From a virus (taxonomy: Duplodnaviria > Caudoviricetes): a stretch of 62,882 nucleotides of DNA. The position numbers and the translations under genes were made by a program. Shown piece after piece: positions 9,799 through 18,957 of this stretch; position 1 is the stretch's first letter; the number at the start of each line of letters is the position of its first letter. The notes below the pieces were generated by a model. It was not told where the DNA came from. It did not search any database and was given only the letters and a program-made list of their open reading frames with translations. The DNA lies in the IMG/VR virus record IMGVR_UViG_3300020045_003897, positions 1 to 62,882 of that record; one strand, 5' to 3'.

Positions 9799-9890
9799 AA
9801 CTGTTGTAGCTTAGTAATTATCAGGGCGAAAACAGTTTTCGCATCCTGAAAAGGTGGAATAATCCACACATATTCAAAAGGGGTGATATT

Positions 9891-10328
9891 ATGGCACAAT
9901 CAATCTATGTAACTCTTGAAACTCTTCAAACAGAAACCTCCGTTCCGGCAATAACTGACAAAGACGGGAAAGTTATCCGAAAAAATTATGGCTCAGTATC
10001 GCATAGTTTACCTCGGTCGAACTATCCAACTCCTGAAACTTTCGACAATGAAGAAATGTTTCTTGAATGGGCACAGGAGCATAATTGCTTGTTGGCATTG
10101 CTCCAAGCAGGTATAAACGATTGGTTAATTTCTGACCGGGCGGCATTTAAACGTCCTGTCAAAAATAACTGGTCAATCGAAATTGGACAAGCTAACGTCG
10201 ATTCTCGTAAGTGGTCAGTCTCTAAACGTCCAGAGAATGCCAAGTCTGATGAAATTAAGGCTGTTGAAGCACTTGCAAAACTTTCGCCGGAACAAATTGC
10301 AGCATTGATTGCAAGTCTGGGAAAGTAG
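9891..10328 (+). CDS. Early hypothetical protein with C-terminal KA..AL..LSPEQ motif
   Basis: 145 aa, GGGGTG RBS, followed by a terminator. Confidence 0.8.
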   Translation: MAQSIYVTLETLQTETSVPAITDKDGKVIRKNYGSVSHSLPRSNYPTPETFDNEEMFLEWAQEHNCLLALLQAGINDWLISDRAAFKRPVKNNWSIEIGQANVDSRKWSVSKRPENAKSDEIKAVEALAKLSPEQIAALIASLGK

Positions 10329-10353
10329 CCAGCATTTTCTAACTTTCCACCAT

Positions 10354-10389
10354 AAGCGCCATTAGGTCTTTTGATCTTTTGGCGCTTTT
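10354..10389 (+). terminator. Rho-independent terminator
   Basis: AAGCGCCA/TGGCGCTT stem with inner AGGTC/GATCT helix, ending in a T-run. Confidence 0.65.
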
Positions 10390-10521
10390 CCTATTGGTAT
10401 GCGAAAATCCAATCTGTGCGTTCATTCGTGAACAGAACTGTGTAAGCTATTCTAGAGTTTTAAGTGATTAAACTCGTAAGAAGTGAGACAGGTTGGTGTA
10501 ATGTTTACGGAAATGTAAAAT

Positions 10522-10672
10522 AAACGTTTATATTGACTGAGTACCCCCTTCTGGAAGGGGTAAAAAGTTAGGGTTACCAAATTTTTTTATAAGGAACTAA
10601 AGACTCCATATGCCGTCTATTGTCACCTTTACGGACTTTTCCCTTGATGGTACTCGGTCAATATAAACGTTT
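10522..10672. repeat. 24-bp inverted repeat pair, 1 mismatch, 103-bp spacer; candidate origin or terminus signal
   Basis: AAACGTTTATATTGACTGAGTACC (10522-10545) versus GGTACTCGGTCAATATAAACGTTT (10649-10672). Confidence 0.85.
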
Positions 10673-10892
10673 TTCCTCACCACTGTTTATCCTGGCATCA
10701 TATGCCGACAATTGCCTCCTCCTGACCACACCACAAAAACCGAGCCACATAGCAACGCCGCTATGCCCGAAAAAGAGACAAAACAACACCGCCACGCTAC
10801 GAACCACACTGCACCGGGACGTCCCTACGTCCGACACAAAAAGCACCGCTGCCGGTCGTTTTACAGGCACCAAAAAACGTCAAAATACCCCC

Positions 10893-10921
10893 TTGCAAAC
10901 CCCTTTTATTCATGGTACGGT
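10893..10921 (+). promoter_or_regulatory. Promoter TTGCAA-N17-TACGGT with extended -10 TG
   Basis: Same hexamers as 8810-8838; upstream of the early ORF array. Confidence 0.7.
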
Positions 10922-11051
10922 TTTTACATGATCATTTTTTACGGCACGACCACACCGCTATTCAAAAACCGTGCCAACCGACACAAAAAAGCACCCTATA
11001 TAGAAAGCACCAAAAACCACCACAACTCTACACCACCTTATCGGAGACTCC

Positions 11052-11267
11052 ATGATTAATCTTGACCTTAGAATAAACCTCCTCGGACAAACTACCGAAG
11101 ACCTCATCATCGAATTTAGCGTCCCTGACGAATGGTCAAATATTCAAGCCATTTCAAAAAATGCTACCATTCAAGATTTCATTTCTCTTTATGAAGCTAT
11201 AACACCAGACGAAGTACAAGATATCAACGATACCGCAATCATAATCAACAATACTTTCAACGCATAA
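11052..11267 (+). CDS. Early hypothetical protein
   Basis: 71 aa, GGAG RBS. Confidence 0.65.
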   Translation: MINLDLRINLLGQTTEDLIIEFSVPDEWSNIQAISKNATIQDFISLYEAITPDEVQDINDTAIIINNTFNA

Positions 11268-11307
11268 TAAACCAAAAACCACCAAAACTCTACAGGAGCT
11301 TCGCACC

Positions 11308-11550
11308 ATGCCAAAACTCAAAAACATACTCAAAAAACTTTCTCTCATACCATCCTTTATAAATAGCATTCCGCATAGATACTCGCAAACAACTTATATG
11401 GAGCCAAGCGATATAAAAAACAAACTCCTCCGCCGATTTAATCAAATAAATAAAATGAAATCATTTCGTGGTTGTGGAGAACTCACTAAAAACGAGCGCA
11501 AAGAACTAGCTTTGCTCCAAAAATATTTCGACGATGCATATGATATTTAA
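11308..11550 (+). CDS. Early hypothetical protein
   Basis: 80 aa, AGGAG RBS. Confidence 0.6.
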   Translation: MPKLKNILKKLSLIPSFINSIPHRYSQTTYMEPSDIKNKLLRRFNQINKMKSFRGCGELTKNERKELALLQKYFDDAYDI

Positions 11551-11573
11551 CTCACCATTAAGGAGCAAATCTC

Positions 11574-11771
11574 ATGACCAGCCATTGCTATTTCTGCAAA
11601 CAACCTACAACCTGGATTTACCGAGACTCACGCAAAACCAATAAAGACAGCAACCTAATCTATTGCTGCAAACCTTGTGCAACAATCGAAAACCAGAAGA
11701 AACAAGTATACCTCGAAATCAGCCTAATCCTCAAAACTCAGCCTGCCGAGCATCCTGATGGACATAATTGA
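11574..11771 (+). CDS. Small Cys-rich (CxxC...CxxC) protein
   Basis: 65 aa, AAGGAG RBS. Confidence 0.65.
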   Translation: MTSHCYFCKQPTTWIYRDSRKTNKDSNLIYCCKPCATIENQKKQVYLEISLILKTQPAEHPDGHN

Positions 11772-11921
11772 TTATTTCGTCTATTCTTCCAGCCGATATG
11801 AATTCGTCGATACGCTAATAATGCTATTCGGCGAAGAGACCGTAACCATAGCCTGCCTTTTGTGCATCATCAGTATCAAAGGCAAAACTGCCCACTTAAC
11901 AATCAATTAAGGAGCTGAACA

Positions 11922-12080
11922 ATGATTCAAGAAAAAGAAAACTCTTTCGGTGATATTGATTATATATGTTCTTGTGGAGCTCCAGTAACAAGAGAAGAAA
12001 TAATTTGTCCATGTTGCCTTAATGAATTAGATTGGAAAGATTTTGACTTACACAATCCAAACCATATAATCCATGCTTAA
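11922..12080 (+). CDS. Small zinc-ribbon protein (52 aa, not in ORF track)
   Basis: AAGGAG RBS; CSCG...CPCC...LDW. Confidence 0.6.
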   Translation: MIQEKENSFGDIDYICSCGAPVTREEIICPCCLNELDWKDFDLHNPNHIIHA

Positions 12081-12227
12081 TCAATAACCTTTTAACATAC
12101 ATTATAGGAGCTAGTTATGAAGCATCTTTATTCCGGATTCATCTTATTTGTAATCATTCCAACTCTTTACATCTTTGTCGCCCTGATCGAGATGATGAAA
12201 TAATCTTTTGCCTAAAAGGAGTTTATC

Positions 12228-12482
12228 ATGAAGCTTAATGAAATTACAGTAGGAATGACAGTATATATCGTAGACTGGTCATGGGCCATTGCAATAATCG
12301 GTAACGAATTGAAACGCCCAAACTGTTATGATCACAAAGATGATACTTTCACAGTTATTGCAAAAGATGTTTTAGTTCCAAATGCACCGTCTCCAATGAA
12401 AGATGCCTATAATGATTTAATCCTTCGCAGCAATCTCCATGAAGAAATTATTATCTTTACAAACCACATGATGATTTTGTAA
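12228..12482 (+). CDS. Hypothetical protein
   Basis: 84 aa, AAGGAG RBS. Confidence 0.65.
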   Translation: MKLNEITVGMTVYIVDWSWAIAIIGNELKRPNCYDHKDDTFTVIAKDVLVPNAPSPMKDAYNDLILRSNLHEEIIIFTNHMMIL

Positions 12483-12513
12483 TAAAAAATATTTTCAAAA
12501 ATTGGGGATTATA

Positions 12514-12726
12514 ATGACTAACAATCAAAAAGCAGCCAGAATGAAACTGAACACACTAATCGACCTAGAAGAAACAAAGATCAGACTTAGACTCCAAGCC
12601 AAGCAAGATGCAGATTACAAGCTCCAGCTACTAACGAACTTCAGGCCAAATGCAAGCCTTCGCCAGATCGACAATCAAAGAAAGCTGAATCGAAACAAAC
12701 AACTCTTCATCTTATCCGGAGATTAA
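12514..12726 (+). CDS. Hypothetical basic protein
   Basis: ATG 12514 preceded by GGGGA. Confidence 0.6.
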   Translation: MTNNQKAARMKLNTLIDLEETKIRLRLQAKQDADYKLQLLTNFRPNASLRQIDNQRKLNRNKQLFILSGD

Positions 12727-12727
12727 C

Positions 12728-12919
12728 ATGGCAAGTAACTCAATCAAAGCAATTCTCATGAAACGAGACGGAATATCAGAATAGGCTGCCAAAGATATGA
12801 TCGACGAAGCTCGTGAAGTTTTGCAAGAATACCTAGCATCTAACGATCAAGAAGCAGCTTACAATATCTGTGAAGAGTACTTCGGCCTGGAACCAGATTA
12901 CCTAACCGAATTGATGTAA
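12728..12919 (+). pseudogene. Small phage gene interrupted by an in-frame TAG
   Basis: MASNSIKAILMKRDGISE*AAKDMIDEARE...EEYFGLEPDYLTELM; TAG at 12782-12784; GGAG RBS. Confidence 0.65.
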
Positions 12920-12927
12920 CTATCAAA

Positions 12928-12960
12928 CTAAGAGAATCACCAGCCACAAGGTTCTCTTAG
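12928..12960 (+). other. Intergenic stem-loop (processing site or terminator)
   Basis: CTAAGAGAATC / GGTTCTCTTAG, 11-bp stem with one GU pair. Confidence 0.55.
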
Positions 12961-13003
12961 ATTTGCTAATTAACTCAACCAAAACTAACCAAGGAGCTTA
13001 ACC

Positions 13004-13207
13004 ATGGAAATAAGATTAGACAATCCAAACATGTGGATAGTTGTCAGACGTAAAATCAATGATAGAAAGTCAAAAGGTGATATAATCCGCGTAGGTCTGC
13101 ATAAAGAACAAGCAGAACATTCTGCTGCATTATATGCAAACAATCACATGGGATATAATTACTGGGCAATGCCAGAAACCTCATACCATAAGTCTTTTTC
13201 AGTATAA
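13004..13207 (+). CDS. Hypothetical protein
   Basis: 67 aa, AAGGAG RBS. Confidence 0.7.
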   Translation: MEIRLDNPNMWIVVRRKINDRKSKGDIIRVGLHKEQAEHSAALYANNHMGYNYWAMPETSYHKSFSV

Positions 13208-13218
13208 GGAGCCTCACC

Positions 13219-13692
13219 ATGACCAATCTACCACCTCGTGTCGGAATGCCTCGCATCAGCAATGCAGCACATAAAACTCTTAGCACTTATCCAGAATATA
13301 ACAATCCAGCCAGCAAGCTCAAGATCCAGCCAATCAACAATGCAGCATATGAAGAAGCTGTTGCAGGTTATCGAGCAGTTAAACAAGAAATACTTCCAAA
13401 ACTCAAAGAACTCAAGCAAACTCTTGACGAGGCCAATTCAGCATACCTTCGCGCATATGATAATTGGAACCAGGTAGCTGCAGAATACGAACGCATCGAT
13501 CGAGCAGAAAGAAATCTCCTGCATGAGCAGAAAATGGTTCTTAAAAACACCAAGAAACCAGCAACTAAAAAGTCCCCTGATGCAGAAGCATCTGCAAAGA
13601 AACTCGCCATGAAAGTCTTGGCAAGTCTAAGTCCTGAAAAACAGGCAGAAATCCTAGCCTTAATTCAAGCTCAAGCAAGTCAAAAACCATAA
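13219..13692 (+). CDS. Coiled-coil protein with C-terminal LSPE motif
   Basis: 157 aa, AAGGAG RBS. Confidence 0.75.
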   Translation: MTNLPPRVGMPRISNAAHKTLSTYPEYNNPASKLKIQPINNAAYEEAVAGYRAVKQEILPKLKELKQTLDEANSAYLRAYDNWNQVAAEYERIDRAERNLLHEQKMVLKNTKKPATKKSPDAEASAKKLAMKVLASLSPEKQAEILALIQAQASQKP

Positions 13693-13698
13693 ACTCGT

Positions 13699-13714
13699 TG
13701 TTCACAAATGAACA
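13699..13714. promoter_or_regulatory. Palindromic box TGTTCA-CAAA-TGAACA (one of six copies)
   Basis: Intergenic, just before the RBS of the RHH-like ORF at 13735. Confidence 0.65.
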
Positions 13715-13734
13715 CAACTGGAGGAATTTACTAA

Positions 13735-14277
13735 ATGAAGGGCATCCGAATAACATTCAGGCTCACGCCACATCAACTCGCTCGTGGCCTGCAAGTCGTC
13801 AAACAGCTCGAGCCAACCTACGAACTAACTTCGATCAACGACATGGTAAAGATGATTTACCATGATTACCTCAGCAAACTGACCATGAATAGAACAAGCG
13901 TTGTTCCGCAATGCTACATCAACGAAATAAATGCCATAGCTGGCACCTCATCAGAAAAACTAACACTCGAAAATCTGTTCAAAAAGCTCCATGTCAACCC
14001 AAAATCAAACCTCGGAGCCATTGACCTAAGCTCACCTAACGAATCTAATGAAACTAACGAATCTCCTGCTGAAGAGCAAGAAATTGAAATTGATTCCATC
14101 TACGCGCATCCTGAAGAACTCAGTGATGAAACCATGCGAGAAATCGACGCTATGGTGAATCAGACTAAAAAATTCAACTCAATATTACGAGCTTCAAAGT
14201 TCCAAGATCCAAACATCACTGATTCAGAACTATCAACCTTAACAGACTTCAGTCCCCCAAAGGACTGGATGGAATAA
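13735..14277 (+). CDS. Putative ribbon-helix-helix-like DNA-binding protein with acidic tail
   Basis: N-terminal alternating strand IRITFRL then two helices; GGAGG RBS. Confidence 0.55.
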   Translation: MKGIRITFRLTPHQLARGLQVVKQLEPTYELTSINDMVKMIYHDYLSKLTMNRTSVVPQCYINEINAIAGTSSEKLTLENLFKKLHVNPKSNLGAIDLSSPNESNETNESPAEEQEIEIDSIYAHPEELSDETMREIDAMVNQTKKFNSILRASKFQDPNITDSELSTLTDFSPPKDWME

Positions 14278-14287
14278 GGAGCTAAGC

Positions 14288-14467
14288 ATGAAAATGAGGC
14301 TCTTTTGTCAATGTGATTCTGATTGGATAATAGAAAACATTTTAGAAACAAAACAGCAAATAATAAATCCAAGTTTAATTCAATGTCCTATCTGTAACTA
14401 TAACTATTGGTACGAAGCAGCTTACGAGAATATGATGTTTGATCTTAAACGAATGAATGAGGCTTAA
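14288..14467 (+). CDS. Small Cys-containing protein (59 aa, not in ORF track)
   Basis: AAGGAG RBS; CQC...CPIC. Confidence 0.55.
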   Translation: MKMRLFCQCDSDWIIENILETKQQIINPSLIQCPICNYNYWYEAAYENMMFDLKRMNEA

Positions 14468-14614
14468 CATGAACAACTTACATGTATTTATAATTGCATC
14501 CCTGGTGTGCATCCTTTTCGCTTTACTATCTCCTGATGCACAGACAGACTTAACGAACTTTCAACGAAAGATCCAACCTGATTACCAGGCTTATACTGAA
14601 GAAGGAAAATAACA

Positions 14615-14878
14615 ATGAAAAATAACGAACATAAAACAATATCTGTGAGAGTTTCCCTTGATGAATTTGCCAAGGCACGAGATGGCCTAATCACAAAGGG
14701 AGTTCCAGAAGAGCGCTTAATGTCCACGAGCAACATCTTGAAAGCAGCCATATTAATGGCTTGCCTGCTGAACGAGGAACCCAAATCTCCTGCTAGCCAG
14801 GAATCATCAGACCTTATTCGGCAATTCTGGAAGTTGTCCAGGAGAGATAAAAGCATAAACATTGATAACCTATACTAA
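14615..14878 (+). CDS. Putative RHH-like DNA-binding protein
   Basis: KTISVRVSLDEFAKARD...STSNILKAAI pattern. Confidence 0.55.
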   Translation: MKNNEHKTISVRVSLDEFAKARDGLITKGVPEERLMSTSNILKAAILMACLLNEEPKSPASQESSDLIRQFWKLSRRDKSINIDNLY

Positions 14879-14928
14879 CGAATGTGGGCGCTAGCCCACC
14901 CTGATTTTATTACGAACTTAGGAGCCAA

Positions 14929-15195
14929 ATGAAAACTCAAGATGTAATAACTAATCTTCGCTTAATGGCAGATACAATCGAAGAACTTGAAATAAATGGT
15001 ATAATCGCAGCAGAAACCTGTTATGATGAAATGAAAGTGCATGTCTGGGACTTGAAAATAACTCCAGCAAGCGAAATCATTTACAAAGAACGTCATGAAT
15101 CACAATATCCATGGGAAAAATCATTCACGCATAATAATATTTACTTCTTCTCACTCTTAACTCAAGAAGATTACGATAAGGAGAAACAAGCATGA
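14929..15195 (+). CDS. Hypothetical protein
   Basis: 88 aa, AGGAG RBS. Confidence 0.7.
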   Translation: MKTQDVITNLRLMADTIEELEINGIIAAETCYDEMKVHVWDLKITPASEIIYKERHESQYPWEKSFTHNNIYFFSLLTQEDYDKEKQA

Positions 15196-15494
15196 ACATC
15201 AAACTAAATCATGCAAGTTATGATAATTGCTCAATCAAATTCCACAAGTTTCCAAACGGTTCCACTGCACTTGTAATTTATCAGGATGATCAAGTGTTGC
15301 TCAAAGCATCCGTTGCAGTTGAAGGATACCAACCACCTGATGGATTTGTTTGTATCAAAAACTGGTCTGAAAATGCAGGCATCCTGGAAGAATTAATCGA
15401 AAATCGCATAATAGATCCTCCTCAAGCCTACATTCCTTCAGGCTTCGTCGAGATTCCAATATGCAAACTCTTAATCGAGGTGAACTATGAATAA
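15192..15494 (+). CDS. DUF4313-like phage protein
   Basis: IKNWSEN.GIL..L...II...SGFV.IP.CKL pattern; ATGA overlap. Confidence 0.6.
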   Translation: MNIKLNHASYDNCSIKFHKFPNGSTALVIYQDDQVLLKASVAVEGYQPPDGFVCIKNWSENAGILEELIENRIIDPPQAYIPSGFVEIPICKLLIEVNYE

Positions 15495-15705
15495 GAAACA
15501 ACAAACTAAAGTTATTGTACTTAAAGTAAACCCACAAGAAGATATCATAGAAATAATGAATGAAATTTATGATAGATTAAATCGTCTTGGATATAACGTA
15601 TCTAAAGATACACGAAAAGAAATAGAATTTACATCTATTAAAGAATCTAAAATCTCTGTTGATATTAACTTAATGTTTTTAGATTATAAGGAAGGTGACT
15701 TATGA
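15487..15705 (+). CDS. Hypothetical AT-rich gene
   Basis: 72 aa, GAGGTG RBS. Confidence 0.6.
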   Translation: MNKKQQTKVIVLKVNPQEDIIEIMNEIYDRLNRLGYNVSKDTRKEIEFTSIKESKISVDINLMFLDYKEGDL

Positions 15706-15878
15706 GTAATAAACAAATTCCAGCCTGGTATAAGATATTCGTTGAAAAACGCATCAAAAAGTTAGAAATAGCCTTAGAAATGTTAAATAATGTTGAAATA
15801 CTTCTCGATCAAGGATATTTACATATTGCAGCAATAGGTCTCGAAGTGGCAAAGGAACAAGCCAAAGGAACAAGCTAA
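15702..15878 (+). CDS. Hypothetical protein (58 aa, not in ORF track)
   Basis: ATGA overlap upstream; abuts the next ATG. Confidence 0.55.
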   Translation: MSNKQIPAWYKIFVEKRIKKLEIALEMLNNVEILLDQGYLHIAAIGLEVAKEQAKGTS

Positions 15879-16124
15879 ATGAAAAATACTTATATCGAAG
15901 GAACAGCAGTAGATTCGTATCTTAACTCTATTCCAGGATATGAAAAGCGAGCAATTCCTACACGAGTTAACGCTTATGATGCCATTTGCGAAGTTTGTCG
16001 CAAGATAGTGCCTGCCGGAACTGGAATCAGGATCACCGTCAAGGGGGCATTTTCAAATATTCACAAAGTCAGACACAAAGAATGTGAAAAAGTAGATCAT
16101 CTTTTCGTAGATAAGGAGAAATAA
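15879..16124 (+). CDS. Small metal-binding protein (CxxC...HxxC)
   Basis: 81 aa. Confidence 0.65.
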   Translation: MKNTYIEGTAVDSYLNSIPGYEKRAIPTRVNAYDAICEVCRKIVPAGTGIRITVKGAFSNIHKVRHKECEKVDHLFVDKEK

Positions 16125-16125
16125 C

Positions 16126-16311
16126 ATGGGACAAGCTAAACGTCGAGGAACTTTTGAAGAGCGTAAAGCACAAAAACTTGATAAACAATATGGTTTAACT
16201 GATACAGAACTAGCTCAAGCATATTGAATAAACAAACAATATAATATTATTCGTGCATATCATTCACAACCATCTAAAATATTACGTCAAGTAATGCATT
16301 TACTTAAATAA
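16126..16311 (+). pseudogene. MGQAKRRGTFEERK-type small gene with in-frame TGA (or an intact 33-aa peptide)
   Basis: AAGGAG RBS; TGA at 16225-16227; frame stays open to TAA 16309-16311 just before the helicase RBS. Confidence 0.5.
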
Positions 16312-16329
16312 TAAATATTAGGAGTTAAG

Positions 16330-18738
16330 ATGATCAAATATAAAGGCAAAGTTCTCACTGCAGAACAAGAGTCGCACATTAATACTATGCTCAAAGGAGA
16401 AAACCATGCAATCCAGGCTCCTCCAGGATCGGGCAAAACATTTCTCTTGCTTGCTCTTGCTAGAAAGATGCCTGGACATGGACTGAGTGTCAGTTTCAAT
16501 AGACTTCTTTCCATAGAAGCCTCCAAGAAGTTCAATTCTGCAGTGACTTGCAAAACAGGTCACGCATTAGCATATGGAGCAGTTGGCTTTAAATACAAAA
16601 AACGCCTAAACAAGCTCACAGGTAAGCATTTATCAGATAATCGTGAGATAGGTGATTGGCAAATGTTCAATAGTCCTAGCAATAAAGGATACTTGATCCT
16701 AAACACCATTCGGAACTATTGCTATTCCGCTGATGACGCTATTAGTTGGAAACATGTTCCTAAGCTGACCATTCTAAACAACGAAAACATTGACTTGATG
16801 AAGGAAGATCTAATTCAGAACGCTACAGCAATCTTTGAAGAGATGATGGACTTGAACTCTGATCTGCCAATAACGCATGATGTTTATTTGAAGATTTGGG
16901 CGCTTAGCAATCCAAAAATCAAAATGGATTACATCTTTTTTGATGAATACCAAGATTCTAATCCAGTTATCGCTGATGTTATTAAACGACAAAACTGTCA
17001 GAAAATCTTCGTTGGAGACCAGTTCCAACAAATCTACTGTCAACCTGCTGGAACTATGATATCAATGGCAAAATGTAGAGGAGATAAAAAATTTCCTAAA
17101 GATAAATCTATTGAAGATATTAAAATAGGTGATAATGTAATTACTTTTGATGATAGTTATGTATTTCCAACAGGTAATCCAGTTACATCTGTTACAGAGT
17201 TAAATTATGAAGGACAATTGATTGTTGCTTCAACTGATTCTGGTTGTGTATCTAAATATATTCCACAACATCAATGCATGGTTAGAATAAATTCAGATAT
17301 GATGAATAAACATATAGTATATTTGATGCGAAAAGGGAATCAATTTAGAATAGGAAAAATACCATATCTTTATTCAAGTCAAAATAGTCAGTTTGGATTA
17401 AATTTACGCGCCTCTGTTGAACAGGCTGATGCTGCATGGATTCTTTCTTTACAAGATTCTTCAGAAGAAGCTGCATTATATGAAGCTTTATATCAAGCAC
17501 AATTTGGTATTCCTGGAATATGTTTTCGTGAACAAGATAAGCATAGAATAGACTTAACATATTTTTGGCATTTTATAGGAGATAATTCTGCTAGAGGTAA
17601 AAATTGTCTTCAATTTTTTGGTCTTCTTTTAGATATGCCTTTATGGACAGCAGGATATGATAATATGATTGGCAATCGTAGAGTTACTATTACTGCTGCA
17701 GCAAATCTTCATGAAGGTATGTTAATGCTTCCATTAGAAAAAGGACTTAAAAAAACAGGAGATTCAAATCGTAGTGCAACTAAAGAACATTGGGAAAAAA
17801 TATATATTTATAAAGAAAATTATAAAGGAAAAGTATATTCACTTGAAGTAAAGAAAAATCATAATTATTTTGCTGATGGTTTATTAACGCATAATTCTTG
17901 GCGAGGAGCAGTAAATGCTTTGCAAGATGAAAAACTGGCAAAACTATACATCACTCGAAGTTTCAGGTTTGGCGAACCAGTTGCAGACATAGCAAATAGA
18001 ATCATCAAGTCTTACTATCCGACTGATTTTGAATATGTACCATTTCACGGGAATGAAAGCATTAAATCGAAAGTAACTTACTCACCGCTTAATTCTCCTA
18101 ATTGTATTATTTGTAGAACCAATAAAGGCGTTATTAATGAAACTATTCATAGACTTGCTTTAGGAGATTCAGTACACATCTTAGGCGGAATTCAGCCATT
18201 AACTTACTTGATTAATTCTATTTTTCAACTAAAAGCTCAGGGCTATACGAATCACCCTGATTTATTCTTATTTACGAGCTTTGCTGACTTGAAAGAATAT
18301 GCAGATTCTCCGATGGGCGGAGATTTAAAAGCAGTCCTGAAACTGATAGAAGTTTATGGTCGAGAAAGGCTGCTGAATATTCTGGAAAGTACTACCGAAT
18401 CAGCTGAAGAAGCTCAAGTGACAATAACTACAGCGCACAAAAGCAAGGGGCTAGAATGGTCGTCAGTCAAACTCAGCAATGATTTTAAATTTCCATCTGA
18501 AGGAGCAGTTCCAACACAAGAAGAAACGAACATCTTGTATGTTGCTGCATCTCGAGCACTTCATAAGTTAGATGTTAGCGAATGTCAAGCATGTTTGCCT
18601 CAAACTTTTAGCGAAGCAATCAGAATCAACAAAGAAAAGCACTTAATAGATCAAGCTGCTAAGCAAGAAGTTAATATGAGATTCAAAGAAGTGATCTCTA
18701 ATGAGATTAAAGATTTAGCCGAAGATGTTCCATTTTAA
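16330..18738 (+). CDS. UvrD/Rep-like SF1 helicase interrupted by an intein
   Basis: APPGSGKT, FFDEYQD, VGDQFQQIY|SWRGA, TRSFRFG, TAHKSKGLEW, LYVAASRA. Confidence 0.92.
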   Translation: MIKYKGKVLTAEQESHINTMLKGENHAIQAPPGSGKTFLLLALARKMPGHGLSVSFNRLLSIEASKKFNSAVTCKTGHALAYGAVGFKYKKRLNKLTGKHLSDNREIGDWQMFNSPSNKGYLILNTIRNYCYSADDAISWKHVPKLTILNNENIDLMKEDLIQNATAIFEEMMDLNSDLPITHDVYLKIWALSNPKIKMDYIFFDEYQDSNPVIADVIKRQNCQKIFVGDQFQQIYCQPAGTMISMAKCRGDKKFPKDKSIEDIKIGDNVITFDDSYVFPTGNPVTSVTELNYEGQLIVASTDSGCVSKYIPQHQCMVRINSDMMNKHIVYLMRKGNQFRIGKIPYLYSSQNSQFGLNLRASVEQADAAWILSLQDSSEEAALYEALYQAQFGIPGICFREQDKHRIDLTYFWHFIGDNSARGKNCLQFFGLLLDMPLWTAGYDNMIGNRRVTITAAANLHEGMLMLPLEKGLKKTGDSNRSATKEHWEKIYIYKENYKGKVYSLEVKKNHNYFADGLLTHNSWRGAVNALQDEKLAKLYITRSFRFGEPVADIANRIIKSYYPTDFEYVPFHGNESIKSKVTYSPLNSPNCIICRTNKGVINETIHRLALGDSVHILGGIQPLTYLINSIFQLKAQGYTNHPDLFLFTSFADLKEYADSPMGGDLKAVLKLIEVYGRERLLNILESTTESAEEAQVTITTAHKSKGLEWSSVKLSNDFKFPSEGAVPTQEETNILYVAASRALHKLDVSECQACLPQTFSEAIRINKEKHLIDQAAKQEVNMRFKEVISNEIKDLAEDVPF
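17038..17895 (+). mobile_element. Intein (286 aa) with central putative endonuclease domain
   Basis: Starts CQPAGTMI, ends VYSLEVKKNHNYFADGLLTHN followed by Ser; removal restores motif III QQIYSWRGA; more AT-rich than the flanks. Confidence 0.92.
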
Positions 18739-18748
18739 GGAGATTAAT

Positions 18749-18955
18749 ATGATAACTAATGCTTTTATTCAATATCAAATAAACTTTAATTTAGTTCAGA
18801 TTAATATATATAAATCTTTAAGTAAAAGATTCATCAAAAGAAAGAATATTCAAATGATTTACGATAGTATTTTTATTAATTCTTTAAGTAATTATGAAGA
18901 ATATATAATACTTGATGCAATAACTTTAGCTTATAATCAAAGTTTAGGAGCTTAA
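18749..18955 (+). CDS. Hypothetical AT-rich gene
   Basis: AAGGAG RBS before ATG 18749. Confidence 0.5.
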   Translation: MITNAFIQYQINFNLVQINIYKSLSKRFIKRKNIQMIYDSIFINSLSNYEEYIILDAITLAYNQSLGA

Positions 18956-18957
18956 CT

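Noticed and set aside
10620-11059. ORFs 10620-10931, 10658-10873 and 10712-11059
   Set aside because: Non-ATG starts without RBS, low-complexity translations, and overlap with the inverted repeat and promoter
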